From the human T2T-CHM13v2.0 reference genome, Homo sapiens, in the NCBI RefSeq assembly GCF_009914755.1, contig NC_060926.1: 64,000 nt of DNA, one strand, 5' to 3'. Positions within the stretch are counted from its first letter, which is position 1. Every line of letters starts with the position of its first letter. The notes below the pieces were generated by a model. That model saw only the letters and a list, made by a program, of their open reading frames with translations, searched no databases and was not told the origin of the DNA. Both the position numbers and the translations under genes were made by a program. Shown here in pieces: positions 16,442 through 31,048 of the stretch.

Positions 16442-17252
16442 CTACATTCTAGGTACTTAGATTAGAATTATGTGACCATAACCATTTCTGAACTTTATCT
16501 GCCCTGGGAGGACATAATTCAAGATGTTCACAGTGGAAGGTAAGGGCTATCTATGCCTTTTTCAGCTGAGATCCCAAATCTTGTCTGCCATCGGCAGCCT
16601 CCTATTTAAACAGAGTGTCAGACTAATGTGTGGTCAATAGCACAATAAAGATGTCACAGTATTTAAAGGCAAGTGTAGCCATGGCTTTAATAAACTTTGT
16701 GGAGATTCCATTGATTCTACCAATCCAACTAGTCCTTTGAATAGCATCCAACTTGGTAATAAAATGCTTGGCAGAGCTATCAAACTAGTTATAAAGAGGA
16801 AATCTCAGTGGTAGGATTCTGTTCTGTGATCCACGGCCCTCAGGAATCAGGGAGTATTTATCATACATAGCTCTTATCCAAAATTCTTCACCCTTTTTTT
16901 CATGGGTAGGTCTCAAAAATTAATATCTTTCAGAATTTGCCAGTTGAGTTTCCTCAGGTCAGAAATATTTATTCTGGAGAAGCGGTTTTAAAAGGACAAA
17001 AAGGAGCCTCTAGATTTTGTAATAAATCAAAGCATTTGTAATTTTTAAGACATGTAAGCATTCTGCTTCTTTTTATAAGACAGTGCTACTGGTTGTACCA
17101 TAAGTCTCATGAACACAAATCAGGCACACAGAGTTGATGAAATAAATAGATAGTTCCAAAAAGCTACAAATAGGACTGTGTAAATTTTAAACAATCTTTT
17201 AAAACTCCCCTAATTAAGTAAAATGCAAATGCGAGCTCCAGCACCTCTGCTA

Positions 17253-17366
<114 letters not shown>

Positions 17367-19959
17367 CTATAAAAGGAGAAAGACTGACATCAGTTTTGTG
17401 CAGGAGGAACAAAGAAAATTTGTTACAAATATTTTTAAAAGGCCTCTGTTTTTCAGACAGGCCAAAAGGTTTGAGTGCATGCTTATTTATCTGCTCAGTC
17501 TTTCAGAGTTGCAATAAAAGTGATAATGTTGGTAATAAAATTGGAACAAATAAAAAAAAGTGCTTTCACATGCGCATCCAACACTTGCTTTAGAATTATT
17601 TCTGTAGTGTCTTTTCCAAAATGTTTCTTTGAACCTTTGGGGACGAGGAAGTATAACTGTAAAGATATTTGTTGTTTTTCGTGTTTACCACAAATTCTAA
17701 AATATGAACATTCTCTGCTAGAATGTGACAATTCTGTCAAGAAAAAAATATTTTCCTGAAAATTCTGAATAGTCTCAAGAAAAACCACCCCCACACAACA
17801 AAAGTTATCAATTTTTTTGTATCAGCATAAAAGTATATCTTATACTGAAGCAATCTAAAATTTAAAAAAGAAAAAAAACCCAATCCCAAACCAAAAACAC
17901 ACAAACAAAAAAACCTTGACTATAAATATTTCATTACATGATGAGCATGTTTAAATATCCTATTCATTGTGCTAGTAGCAAATATAAGCCCAGTTTTTCC
18001 TGAGGTGTCGCCTATCAGATTTGATTCATTATCAAACGTAAGAGACAACATCTTGGGTTATAGCTGCTTGAGCAGTTTTATCACAGGCCAGTAGGAAAGA
18101 CTTCAACGACTTTTCATTTTCCTTTTTAGTAGTGTGCTAGGGAGTAGGGACAAAAAAGGAAAAAAAGTTTCCTGAAAAGACAAGTTAAAAGCAGCAAAGA
18201 TATAATCAAACACAGCTGACCTTTTTGAACAAGGGGAAAAAAGCAGTGTGACTTAGAATTCTGGAAAAAAAATGCAGTCATCCACTCTGGATGCTCAAGG
18301 TAGGAGGTCAGCCTTTTTCTAGCAGCAATGACACAAAAGCCTTTTGCAAAAAGACAGCACAGAAACGGTATGACAACTGCTAGGGTGTGCTGAATCTTCC
18401 CACATTCCTAGTGAGACAGATGGTGTTACATGGGACACAGGGAGGTTTGTTCAAACAGCAGCAACCTTCAAAGATCAAGCAGAGCCCAGCCCGCCGAGCG
18501 CCATTGAGGGACCAGCGCTCATATGTTGCTGAGTTGCATAAACAAACAGCAACAGCTGCTTTGTCTCCCCCCACAGCCCTCAGAGGACTACTATAAACTT
18601 TAGTTGTGCCACTGTTAATATGATACAATCATTTTAATTTACTAATTGTAAATGCCATGAGCAAATGAGGGGACTTTTCAACACCAAAGCTACCATTCAT
18701 AATGCGCCAACACAATCACACTTCTGCATGTGAAATTTAAAGCGGTTATGCTAGATAAATATCTAGGCACTTTTTTTTTCCTTGAGTTTTTGTGCATATA
18801 AGCAAGGGGAGATAAACTGTTACATAAGTGCAACTATGCAAGCATATTTTTTATAACTCATCTTTGAAAAGCATTCAGGTGACAAGCCCAATCAGATATA
18901 AATGGAATAATTTACATGAGCTGTTCTCCTAAAATAGTAAAATTCCATAATCTAGTCTTATCACCATTATTGACTGTGTTTGCTTATCCTCATTTTCCTT
19001 ATTCGAAGAAAATGAAGGTTATAAGGAAAACCTAAGAATTTTGAATACAATATCATGTTCAATAATTTTAAAAACAGACATGGTGTCAAGACTTAAATTA
19101 AGTGATTCCGGATCTGTAGGGCCAGTTATTGTGACTTAAGGCACACCACTTCTGTCCATGCAAACATATCATAATATCAATTTGCAGAGTCAATCCTCCC
19201 AGTGGGAAAGAGGAGTTTTGATGTAACATTTAAGGAACACTGTGAATCAATCCTATTCAGTTGTTTTAAAGATTTAAGAAGCTATACTTAACTGTTGAAG
19301 ACAGAGTTTTTATTTTTGAGACAAGTAAGCAAAAAGAGGGGGAGTAATTTTAACATTTAGCTACAAATATGTATATTAAGGGATCATTTTTAATGTACAT
19401 CCAACGTTTTAGTACTAATCCAATTTATTTTATATATTATATATACACAGATAATATATGCCTTTTTGATTTTCCTTAAAACACTTAATCAGATTTCATA
19501 AACTAGTAGCAGCTTATAAAAATACTCTAAGTAATTGAAGGTGTTATATGAAAAATGAAAGAAATACACACTTCTTTTTCTATGACTTAGATCCTATATG
19601 AAAAGAAAATTTCTAAGTAAAGCGAGGTGAAAAATGGAATTAAAATTGCTGAGATGTTTAATAATGTATAATTAAAATGCTACAATTTCATTCACTTTTT
19701 GTGGAACATAAAAATGAAACTAAAGTCAAGTTAAAGTGCAAATAAAATTTCTAAATTAGAAATTAACACACTCATTCGATCGTGAACATAAGACTATTAA
19801 ATCATATTAGAAGAGACCATCAAAAAATCATTTAGACCTCAATTAAAGCTATTACCATTAAAAGATCTGCATCTTCAAAATGCCATGAAAAATTAATAAT
19901 GATTGCCAATCAAAGCAATATCGTTTCTCTAAGGGGTTATTATAGAAAGAAATCACTTA

Positions 19960-20313
<354 letters not shown>

Positions 20314-20874
20314 TCATTGCACCCGGCCCCCTCGCACACCAGTCCCCTCGCATGCCCAGGACAGACTTGTCGGAATCAGCTCACACTGTGCTCAAAAATT
20401 AATTAATTACTTCAGGTTTTTTTTTTTTGGGGGGGTGGGGGGGACTTAAACAGCTGATAAATGAGGAAATTCTCTTTAGGTGACTGACAGTTCCTATGAA
20501 ACCTGTAGCCACAGATTACTCAGGAACTCACAGTGTGAAGGGGCGTTTCAGGTGTCGGTGGAGAAGAACAAAAGGTGAGGGAGTGTCGGTCTCAACTTTT
20601 TTTTCCTCAAAAGTAAAATATTTCAGAAAGATAGGAATACATTTAGATATTTTTATCTCTTAGAAATGGGCTCTAATTGTTCTTGTTCTTTATTGGATGT
20701 ACAAATGACACAAATTTGCTGACAAAAAAATTTCACAATACCCTAAAATTACAGTTCTAATCTTTGCTCATGAAATTCCATGCCTCTGCAGCTGTTCTTC
20801 AAATTTTAAGGTAAACACCCAGGCATGTAGTGCATTTGTAATTGTAACAGCTGCAGAGGTCAGTGCAGTGGCTA

Positions 20875-21288
<414 letters not shown>

Positions 21289-22289
21289 TTAAATAAGCAC
21301 ATTTTATTTTATTTTTTCTTCCTGGAATATTAGTCTGTATATACAAAGAATGAAAGAAATTTAAAATGTTTTTCATAAATTTTTTTTAAAAAGCCAACAA
21401 CTGCATTCTAAGATCCATAAACATTAAAGATAATATAAGATTAAGCCTATTTTAATAGTCTATCTGAAATTTCATTTTCTTCTAAGAAAGGTATATTTAA
21501 TTTTTCATTGTCCACTAGACTGAGCGTCCCTAACCACAGATACATCCTGTTGCTAAATATAAGTTTTTAACCCTCCACCCTCTGAATGTCACAGACAGCC
21601 AGGACTACATAGTCTGAGACAGATGCAAAAGGAAAGATATTCCTAGACAGATAATAATGCAACTTTGTTAAAAAAAAAAAAGCACCAGAATGTGGCATTT
21701 TATCTTTCCCTATAATTTTAATCTTTAGTTCCGTATTTTAAAGCTGCTGAAAATAAAATTAAGCTCACAGCTGATAGAAATAAAATAAAAAGTAACAGAG
21801 GGAGTTAAGAAACTGGTGTGTGATTTTGATGTGACTTTAACTTTTGTAATTATGACTCTATTCCTGTGAAATGAATAACAGTTGTAACTCAATTTTAGCA
21901 ACTTGTGTCATAAGATTTTGTATATTTGAAACCTCTAGATGTGTTTCTGAAATAAGATGTGGCTTAGCTATCATAAATAATATTTTTATGCTAACAAAGT
22001 TGGGAGAGTAGCTGTTATATTATTCTTTATCCTAAGTAGGTGAAAAAAGTGCTTTGCTGGTACAATTAATGGTGGAATCCTATTATCATAGTTTTTGAAA
22101 GCAGTTAACCTTGGTGCCACGAGATTCTTCACCTTGTCTTCTCTACCATAAACAATATTATAGTATTTGACATACTAATTCTCTTTGGCAACTGTGGCAG
22201 GGTGATGCGCAAGCAAGCTAGGCAATTTTTTTTTTTTGCTTTCATGATTATGAACTTGGATTTTTTATGAGGGGAATAGAAAGTGGAAC

Positions 22290-23000
22290 TATCCATTAAT
22301 TCAACAAGTATTTTCTGAATGCCTAGTGTGTGATAGGCATCATGTCCTGCTCTGGTGAGCAGAAAACAGTTCTAGGCTCATCCTTCGGGAAGCCATGAGA
22401 GAGATTAATACAACTGATATTATCTCCAAAGTAAACACATCATTACAAACTCAGATAAGTATTATGAAAGAAAGTTATATGGTGGTATAAAAAAAGTAAC
22501 ACAGGAACCTGATGGCAGCTAGAAGATCAGGAAGGTCTTAACTGAAGAAGCATGAAGTTAACTAAATGTAGAAGCTGGAGAAGAGCAGCATGTGCAATGT
22601 GGTGACTGAAACAAGCATGGGACATCTCAGGATGTTAAAAAAAAAGGACAGTGCTGGAGTGCAGAGGATGAAAGGGGAACCACGTGATGTAAGGGTGGAG
22701 AGTAAGGCGGGAGCCAGGCCATGCAGCAGGTAAGAGCTTGTTTAAGGATTTGGGTTTTTACTCTAAAAGAAGCAGGAAGCTATTGAAGAGTATTAAGCAA
22801 GGAGGATGGCTGGATGAAACTATGATTATTTGCATTTTTAGATGACATCCTTGGCTATAGTATGATAGGGATTGGAGAAAGAGAAAAGTAGGTCCTGGGA
22901 ATCCGGTTAGGAGGTTCCTGTCCTAGGCCAGGCAAAAGATACTGTTAAGGAATTGATGATGGAGATGAAGGAAGTGTCTGGATTTGAGAAATACCTAAGA
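22290..23000 (-). mobile_element. L2 LINE 3' fragment
   Basis: Starts with the L2-type end (cattaattcaacaagtattttctgaatgcctagtgtgtgataggca), followed by a purine-rich degenerate body (ggatttgggttttta ctcta...ggaagctattgaagag). Confidence 0.65.
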
Positions 23001-24704
23001 TCCAAAATTCCTCAGATTCATCTGGGAAAGAATTCAGTTTGTCAAGTTGGGAGATGCTAAGGTACCTCCCTCAGGTTTATACTTTCCAAATTTGATGGAT
23101 GGTAGGTGACATTCATCAAAGCAAAGAACACTAGAATTCTAAAAAGACTTGAAACTACAAACAAATATATGGGACCAAATAAAAGGAAGTGGGAGAATTA
23201 CACTATGTGGACCACTAAACTAAGCGCCAGTAATCCTGAATGCTGTGATCTCAAACCTTTCTTTTTTGCCTCTGTAACTTCTAATAAGGTTAACAAGAAC
23301 AACGGTCTATTCCAAGACCGTATTTCCCTCAAAAATAGATTTGGAATGTACAGTAGTGGATTAAGATTTTATACCTTGAAATTTTGCTTAAATCTGTTAT
23401 TAGCTGGACTTAATAAAGAATATGGGCTTTAGATAAGATCACTTTCCCCTTGCTGTATGCACAATGTCATGGATGCTTTCCAATGGATACTTATTGGTGG
23501 TGACTGTGATGATGTCATTTCACTTGCATCACTGAGCCCCTATGGAGTATGTAGAAACTGTCAACTTGCATAAAGTATTTGCTCATTGTTTTGGATCATC
23601 AAAATAACATCAGATCTATAAAAAAATCACCTTTTACTTTTGATGGGAAGAAAGGATAAAAGGGGCAAAATGGCAGAGCCATGATGAATGTCTTTTGAGT
23701 AACTTCACTGATTTTATCAGTGACTGACTTCTTTTTCAGTACTATGACAGCACAAAGTAACGTAATAGCTCCTTTCTGAATTCGTATCTACTTGAGGGTT
23801 GTCAATGGTTTATGTTAAGGGTTAAGACATGGTTTAAGTTTTTTGAGAATATTGTCCTACTTGATGACCTTAGTGTAACCTAGTAAACATAGATGGATGT
23901 ACATTTAATATCCTAATTTTATCTTGATATTTCAGCAACTATTTGAATGATCTGGCTATCTTTGCATGAATTTTCATTTGCATATGAATGTTTCCATCAG
24001 AAATGTAATCATATGCAAATTCAATTGGATTTGCATTAATAGCCTTTTGGCTTAAAAGGGAGGAAAATTCTGATTTTTCTGGATAGGCAAACAAAACTGC
24101 ATCTAGATACACTACTGTTGTTTGGAGAGGTAATTCAATTGCTAGATCAAATTTGGCTATGCTAGATTTCTATGTCAAGTGTGATGGGGACAAAATACAT
24201 CAAATCATGCGCTCTCTTTAAGGATTCATCTTTGATCATCTTTGTATCCTGGGCATTGAATATATTGCCTAGAAATTAGTAGGCTCTCAAGAATCATTTA
24301 TGGGATGAATGTGGAATAAATTATGTCCTTAACACTAATCTTGGTGTAGAGGTCTTTTGGTAAAAGGAAGCATAAAATAAGATACCTGCAGCTGAGCTAG
24401 GAACTTAGACCTAATACTCAGGCAACTGTAGAATAATTATTTGATAAACTGTGTAGTAGTGGTCATAAATACTTGAAAGAGTTTGATAGGGCTCAGATAA
24501 GTATTCAAAAAGGGTTTCATGAAGATGTCACTCAATCATTTAAATCCATTTGCTCCATCTGGATATTTCTTCATGCTGTATAGATATTCTGTTGTTTATA
24601 TATCTCACATACCTAGGGTCACTTAAGTGGGCTAGAGTTAAACCTCCCAGAAACTAGGTATCACCAGCATGAATCTAATGTAGTTTTTCCATGAGGTGCA
24701 ATAG

Positions 24705-25297
24705 GTGCTAGTAATATACAGTTTTTCTGCCCAGTACTTCAACATTCACCTTGTCCTAGGAATGCTTCTCCATTTCCTGATTGCCAAGGCTTATGGTACC
24801 CAAGGAGCTGCTGTGTTACCATGTGATCCTGCTCCCCTAGCCACAATTGATCTCTGTTGCTCAGGTGAGCCAATCTCAGTCCTCTCTTCTCCAGGCCAAC
24901 TTGTTGATTGGTCCAGGGTAGCCAATAGATCCAATTAAATTCAATAAATCCCTTCCCTATGATTTTAGGACTTTGTTCCAGAAAAAGCATCAAGGCAGTT
25001 TTTTTTTTCTGCCAAGTGACTGTAGCTATAAAATGTGGAATGAAGGAATTGTTATTTTCCATCTAGAAAAAGAAGATTTATGAAGAGAGAATAAAGCAGA
25101 CATACAGAGAAAAGCAGACAAGATTGCATGTTCTGACAGTTCATTTCTAGCTCTTCTCGTTCCTGAGGCCGAGGTGCACCTTGCAGTGGTTCGGTTGACC
25201 ACCTTCCTTAAATTCCGTGAGCCAAGAAACTTCCTTTTCTGCTTGAAGGTATGTTGTGTTTCAGTCTCTTAAAACTAAAATCACCCTAACAGTTACA
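24705..25297 (+). mobile_element. MaLR solo LTR (MLT1J/K-like), left boundary approximate
   Basis: 3' end gtgagccaagaaacttccttttctgcttga...gtttcagtctcttaaaactaaaatcaccctaacagttaca resembles the MLT1 LTR terminus. Confidence 0.55.
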
Positions 25298-25728
25298 ATA
25301 CTAGGACAAATGATGGGATTCAATTTTGGTTACTCTCAGAATTGTTGGGAAGAATGAAGTTTTGATTGTATCTGAAAGTTTGTATGTTTGTTTTTAGAAA
25401 GATTATGCAATAATGTGTACTGGACACAGGAATGAGGTACAAAAGTAGCTGAAAGGTTGTAGAATTCTTCACTGCATTTTTCTAGTGTAAAATCAACCTC
25501 ATTTTCCTTCTTTCTGTAATCCTCTTCACTCCCTGGTCTCTTTGGAAGAACTGCCAAAACACACTGACAAAGGATATTTGCATGGTATTTATGATCAAAC
25601 CATAACAAAAATTCACAAGAAGCCTCAAGTAATTTCTTCCCATACCTTCTCCAGAGATTTTGCATTTAGTCCTAAAATTTACCCTAATGTCTTGCAAATA
25701 TCTCTCAATCTTCTCTAAGGTTAGATAA

Positions 25729-26267
<539 letters not shown>

Positions 26268-27112
26268 ATAAAAAAGAATGTTAATTAAAAATGTTTCCTC
26301 ATGACCATGTGTATTTTAATACTGTTAGATTGTTAGGGTGAATTTTCAGGTCCCTTTTTGTCAGGAAAGCCTCAGTTCTCTTGGCAATATGTTGGCCACT
26401 CTTACTAATGTTGCTTATTAATGACACTTTTATAGATATCTTTATGGCTGCGTTAGATAGATAATTGATTTTTCAGACAGATAATAATAAATATCAACAT
26501 AGACTGGCCTTAAAAATTATTGCCTAAAATTCAAGCGATGTTAACAGAACTCTAAATAAAAGAGAAATATTGGTCCCCAAATTAGTCAGCCCCCATAATC
26601 AAGTTGCTTTAGAATACTTTCTCAAAGATACTTAAAAGTGGGCTTTGCTTAGTGTTTACAGGTAATGAAATATAGACCAGATACTTATTCTTTATCATTT
26701 TCTGTTTCCCTTTGGCATTCATTTTCTTTATTTGTAGCAAGCCTGTGTTCACAGTGGAAGACAGGTACTCTATTATCACTGGTTTAGTGTCCTGCATGCT
26801 TTTAATTTTCATAAAAAATGGAAGAAAATTGAATATTATGTTAAGCCATTTAAGTAAACATCAAAATGAATAAATAATTCTTTTTAAAAAGAAAATATCT
26901 TGGAAGGTACAGAGGAGTTGCAGCAAGTATATGTAAAAAACTGAGTAGAATCATCCATCCATCCCCTTGTTTAATAACTGTTTATTGAGTGCCTACTAGT
27001 GCCAGTGTTCTTGGAAATGAGGACATGAGTGGTAAATTTTTTTCCTACTTCTGTGATTCACCCGTTTGGAGATATATACACATAATGGTTGTGATTCTGC
27101 AATATACAGACA

Positions 27113-27116
<4 letters not shown>

Positions 27117-27165
<49 letters not shown>

Positions 27166-27177
27166 AATAGGGCATCT

Positions 27178-27212
<35 letters not shown>
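27117..27212. repeat. (TA)~22 and (CA)~14 microsatellites
   Basis: Read directly. Confidence 0.95.
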
Positions 27213-27215
<3 letters not shown>

Positions 27216-27965
27216 TCCCCAGTGTAATGTAATGTATATAACATAAATTATGTATTTATCATATAATCTGGCTTTTGCTTACTTCACTATGAAAGGCAAA
27301 GGGACCTGAAGAAGCAATTACAAATCTAGGTAACTGTATTTATCATCTTTTTGAAAAACAGCCTTTTTGTTAACATCTCAGATGATAAGAAAACACGAAA
27401 ATTATTTTGAATGTAGTCATTTGTATTGAGTTTTTTAGTTTAAGGAAGCACATATTCAGCATTTGTTGAGGTCTATAGATTCTCATGGCTACTTTGTTTA
27501 AAGTTGACTAATTAATAAATGTAAGCTTTTCATCATTAAAAGTGCATGTATGCGTTTTTGCAGAAGGTTTCCAAAAGACATATTGGCACTAGTTACCTAA
27601 AAACAACCGTGAGGGAAGAGGATGATCTTTTTCTCATTACACAGCTACATGGGCGGCCTCGCAGAGCCTCCAGCTGGTACAGAGGCATGGATAAAGCCAG
27701 GTCGTCAAGAGCAACAGAAAAGTTTTCTGCTCTTCCTGGGAATTAGTACAGCATCTTGGCCGCTCTCTCCACCCCTGCTCTGAACATGGCTTTCTCCAGG
27801 GAACACATGTTCAGATGCCAATGAGAGTTTCTCATGTAAGAGAGCTTCAGGAGAGCGAGGTGAAGAGTGGACAAGGAATGGGAATCTGTAGTAGTCTGCA
27901 GTATCAAATATCTCCCTAAACAGCAGGAGATCTTACATTAGGGGATTTTGAATATCAAGATGTAG

Positions 27966-28434
<469 letters not shown>

Positions 28435-28551
28435 CTAGTTTATTATAATTTAGAGGAGTTGATGAAGTAAGGTGATTTTGCCCAGCAATTCAATGCTCTT
28501 TTCTTATGCTTTATGTAGAGACACGTGAAACCTAAGAATGCTCAGGACAGT

Positions 28552-28703
28552 CAGTGATTTTCAAAAGTCAGTGGCATCCGTATCATCTGGGAGCTTGCTT
28601 GAAATGCAAATTATTGGGGCCCATCCAAACCTATGGAACCAGCAATCTGTGTTTTAACAAGTCTTTCACGAAATTCTGACCCTTGTCCAATTTAAGAACT
28701 CTA
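28552..28703. mobile_element. MER5A-like hAT-Charlie DNA transposon relic
   Basis: cagtgattttcaaa...catctgggagcttgcttgaaatgcaaattattggggcccatcc...ccagcaatctgtgttttaacaag...tttaagaactct. Confidence 0.75.
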
Positions 28704-30349
28704 CAAATTCAATCCTCTGCCTCGCATGGCTAAATGAGACATTCATAACATGATTTTGGAGAGAAGCACAATTGGTCCCATATTATTATTATTAGGTAGC
28801 TTTCCTGACTATCTCAGCCTGAGTTCACATAGACTTCCTTCTTCACTTACTGAATGTCATCTGTGTGTCTCAATCATTGAATTGATCACATCCCATCGTA
28901 ATCTTTCTCTTACGTGTCTGTGAGCTGATAAAAGAATGAACCATATGTTATTCAGCTTTGTGTCACCAGCACCTAGCATAGTGCCTGGGTCACAGTTATT
29001 ATGCAATAATTGAATGATTAGGCAAGGTTCAGGGTCCTTGGACTCCTCATTTTGGCTCAGTTATTTCATGTTTTTGAATTTCAATTTCCTCATCTGTAAA
29101 ATGAGCCAGGGTGTGCTTTCTGGGGTGTCCTCAAAGTTCCAGAATTCCATAATTTCAATTAATTAATTACTTTAATCAGTTTGCTTTTTCTTTACTGGCT
29201 AGGCCTAGAGAATTTTATCTGTATTCTTTTCAATTAAAAACTCAAAACAACACAGCTTTCTGATGGGGAAAACAAACATGCAGATTAAGAGAAAATATTT
29301 TGGAAGTGCCTGGAAACCCCAGACAACATCACAAGCAAAACAGCGCTTATTAAATATTTGTTGAATGAATGAAGGAGGCACTCAAGAAGCTTGAAATATC
29401 AGTTATTTCTTGTGGGAACACTTGCTGTGAAGTGAAGATAGCTGCTCCTAATCGCAAACAAAGCTAATAAAACAACAGCATTCATTAGCCAGGAAGTGAA
29501 CAGGCTCTTCTTGGCGTTCACTGATTATAGTCTGAAAATCATCCCCCGTCTCACCTGCCAAGCACTACTTCTATTTTTCTCTCCTCCAAACCTATCTCTT
29601 TCTCCACCTTATTTTTAAAAACTCAATGTATGAAGTTAACTAAGAAATTAAAAAATAATGACTTCCCTGACAGATGTCTGACTGGCAGACAAAACTCTTC
29701 CAACCTATAAAAATGTGATAGATACAACCAAGAAGAATATGACATACTTTGTAATAGTATGATTCCCTCCTTGTTAAGTATTTAGGTACTAACTGAATTA
29801 TCTGATAAACTGATTTTGTACAATTGATTAACATTATATATCCACTCAACTCTTGCAGAGAAATACGTTATAATCAAACTTGTATCGCTTCTGTTACTGA
29901 TATAAGAAAGCTAACTAATTTAAAAGTTTTAATTTAAGCTCCATGTTAAGAGGAACAGGAGAAATTGAGAGTTATTAAACCAAGAGGATAGTGAAAGTAA
30001 AAAAAGTTCTTCTTTCCCCCACTTTCCCCTATGCTAACGATGCGATGCACAGAATTGATGGTTAAAGAGACTTAATTGCTGGCTAGGCTGCCAACCTTAT
30101 ACTAATATTATCAGTTTAGGGGAGTTACACCTGGCACCACTGTATTTCTTGCTGAGGCAAGATTTTCAGTCTAGATCTGGATCTTTACTTGGGGTTCAAT
30201 TGCTCTGGAGACACCCAAAGAAGGATCCTGTAAACTTAGACCTAACTGGCATTTCTGTTCAATACTTGAAGCAGTGCCTCTCTGATTCCACCACTTCCCA
30301 TCCTAGCTTGTACTCTGCTATTCTTCTCATGTATTTTGTGAGACATGAA

Positions 30350-30520
30350 CAGGACTGGCTATATGGTTGGTGGGGCCCAGTGTAAAATGAAAATGTTGGG
30401 CCCCTCATTCAAAAATTGTCAAGAGCTTCAAGACAGCAACTGCAGAGCCAACCAAGCAGCCCTTCTCAGTGCTGGGCCCTGTGCGACTGTGCAGGTCCCA
30501 GACCCAGGAAGCTGGCCCTG
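30350..30520 (-). mobile_element. MER45A-like hAT-Tip100 MITE
   Basis: Terminal inverted repeats caggactggct...agctggccctg; internal ggggcccagtgtaaaatgaaaatgttgggcccc and gggccctgtgcgactgtgcaggtc. Confidence 0.8.
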
Positions 30521-30664
30521 TGTATGTTATCGTGAGGCAGGGCCCCCGAGAGCCTCCCATCCCATGACGGCTAGTGCGGTCCAGTAATTTTTTTGTTCAT
30601 GCTTCCAGTAAAATTTCATTAGAAGAAAGGGCAGGGTGGGGTGGAGTTCAAAATTTCTAGCCTG

Positions 30665-30806
30665 ATTTCCTCATTTAACAGATGTTACAACTAAGGTACA
30701 GTGAGGTTAGTGATTCATACAAAGTTGCACAAGTAATTTCTGGAAGAGCTGTATGTAGGATTTATGTATCCTGACTCTTCACCCACTGCTCTTTCTACTG
30801 CACCAT
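30665..30806 (-). mobile_element. MIR fragment
   Basis: catttaacagatg...aactaaggtacagtgaggttagtgatt...aaagttgcacaagtaatt...ctgactc...gctctttctactgcacca. Confidence 0.6.
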
Positions 30807-31007
30807 AATGACTCAACATGAGAGAAAGAGGCAAGAAAAGAGAGAACCTCATCTTTTTAGTTTTTCATCATGCCTGACTTGGTACCATTTGAACAGGCCC
30901 TACATACTGAAACGATCACAATGACATTATAAGCAATTCTAAATAGCAACATTATTACACCATACAATGAATATGGGGGGAAGTCAGTTAAAATGCCCAC
31001 TTCAGAG

Positions 31008-31048
31008 TGTATGTGTGTGTGTGTGTGTGTGTTTGTATATGTGTGTGT
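31008..31048. repeat. (TG)n microsatellite, interrupted
   Basis: Read directly. Confidence 0.9.
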
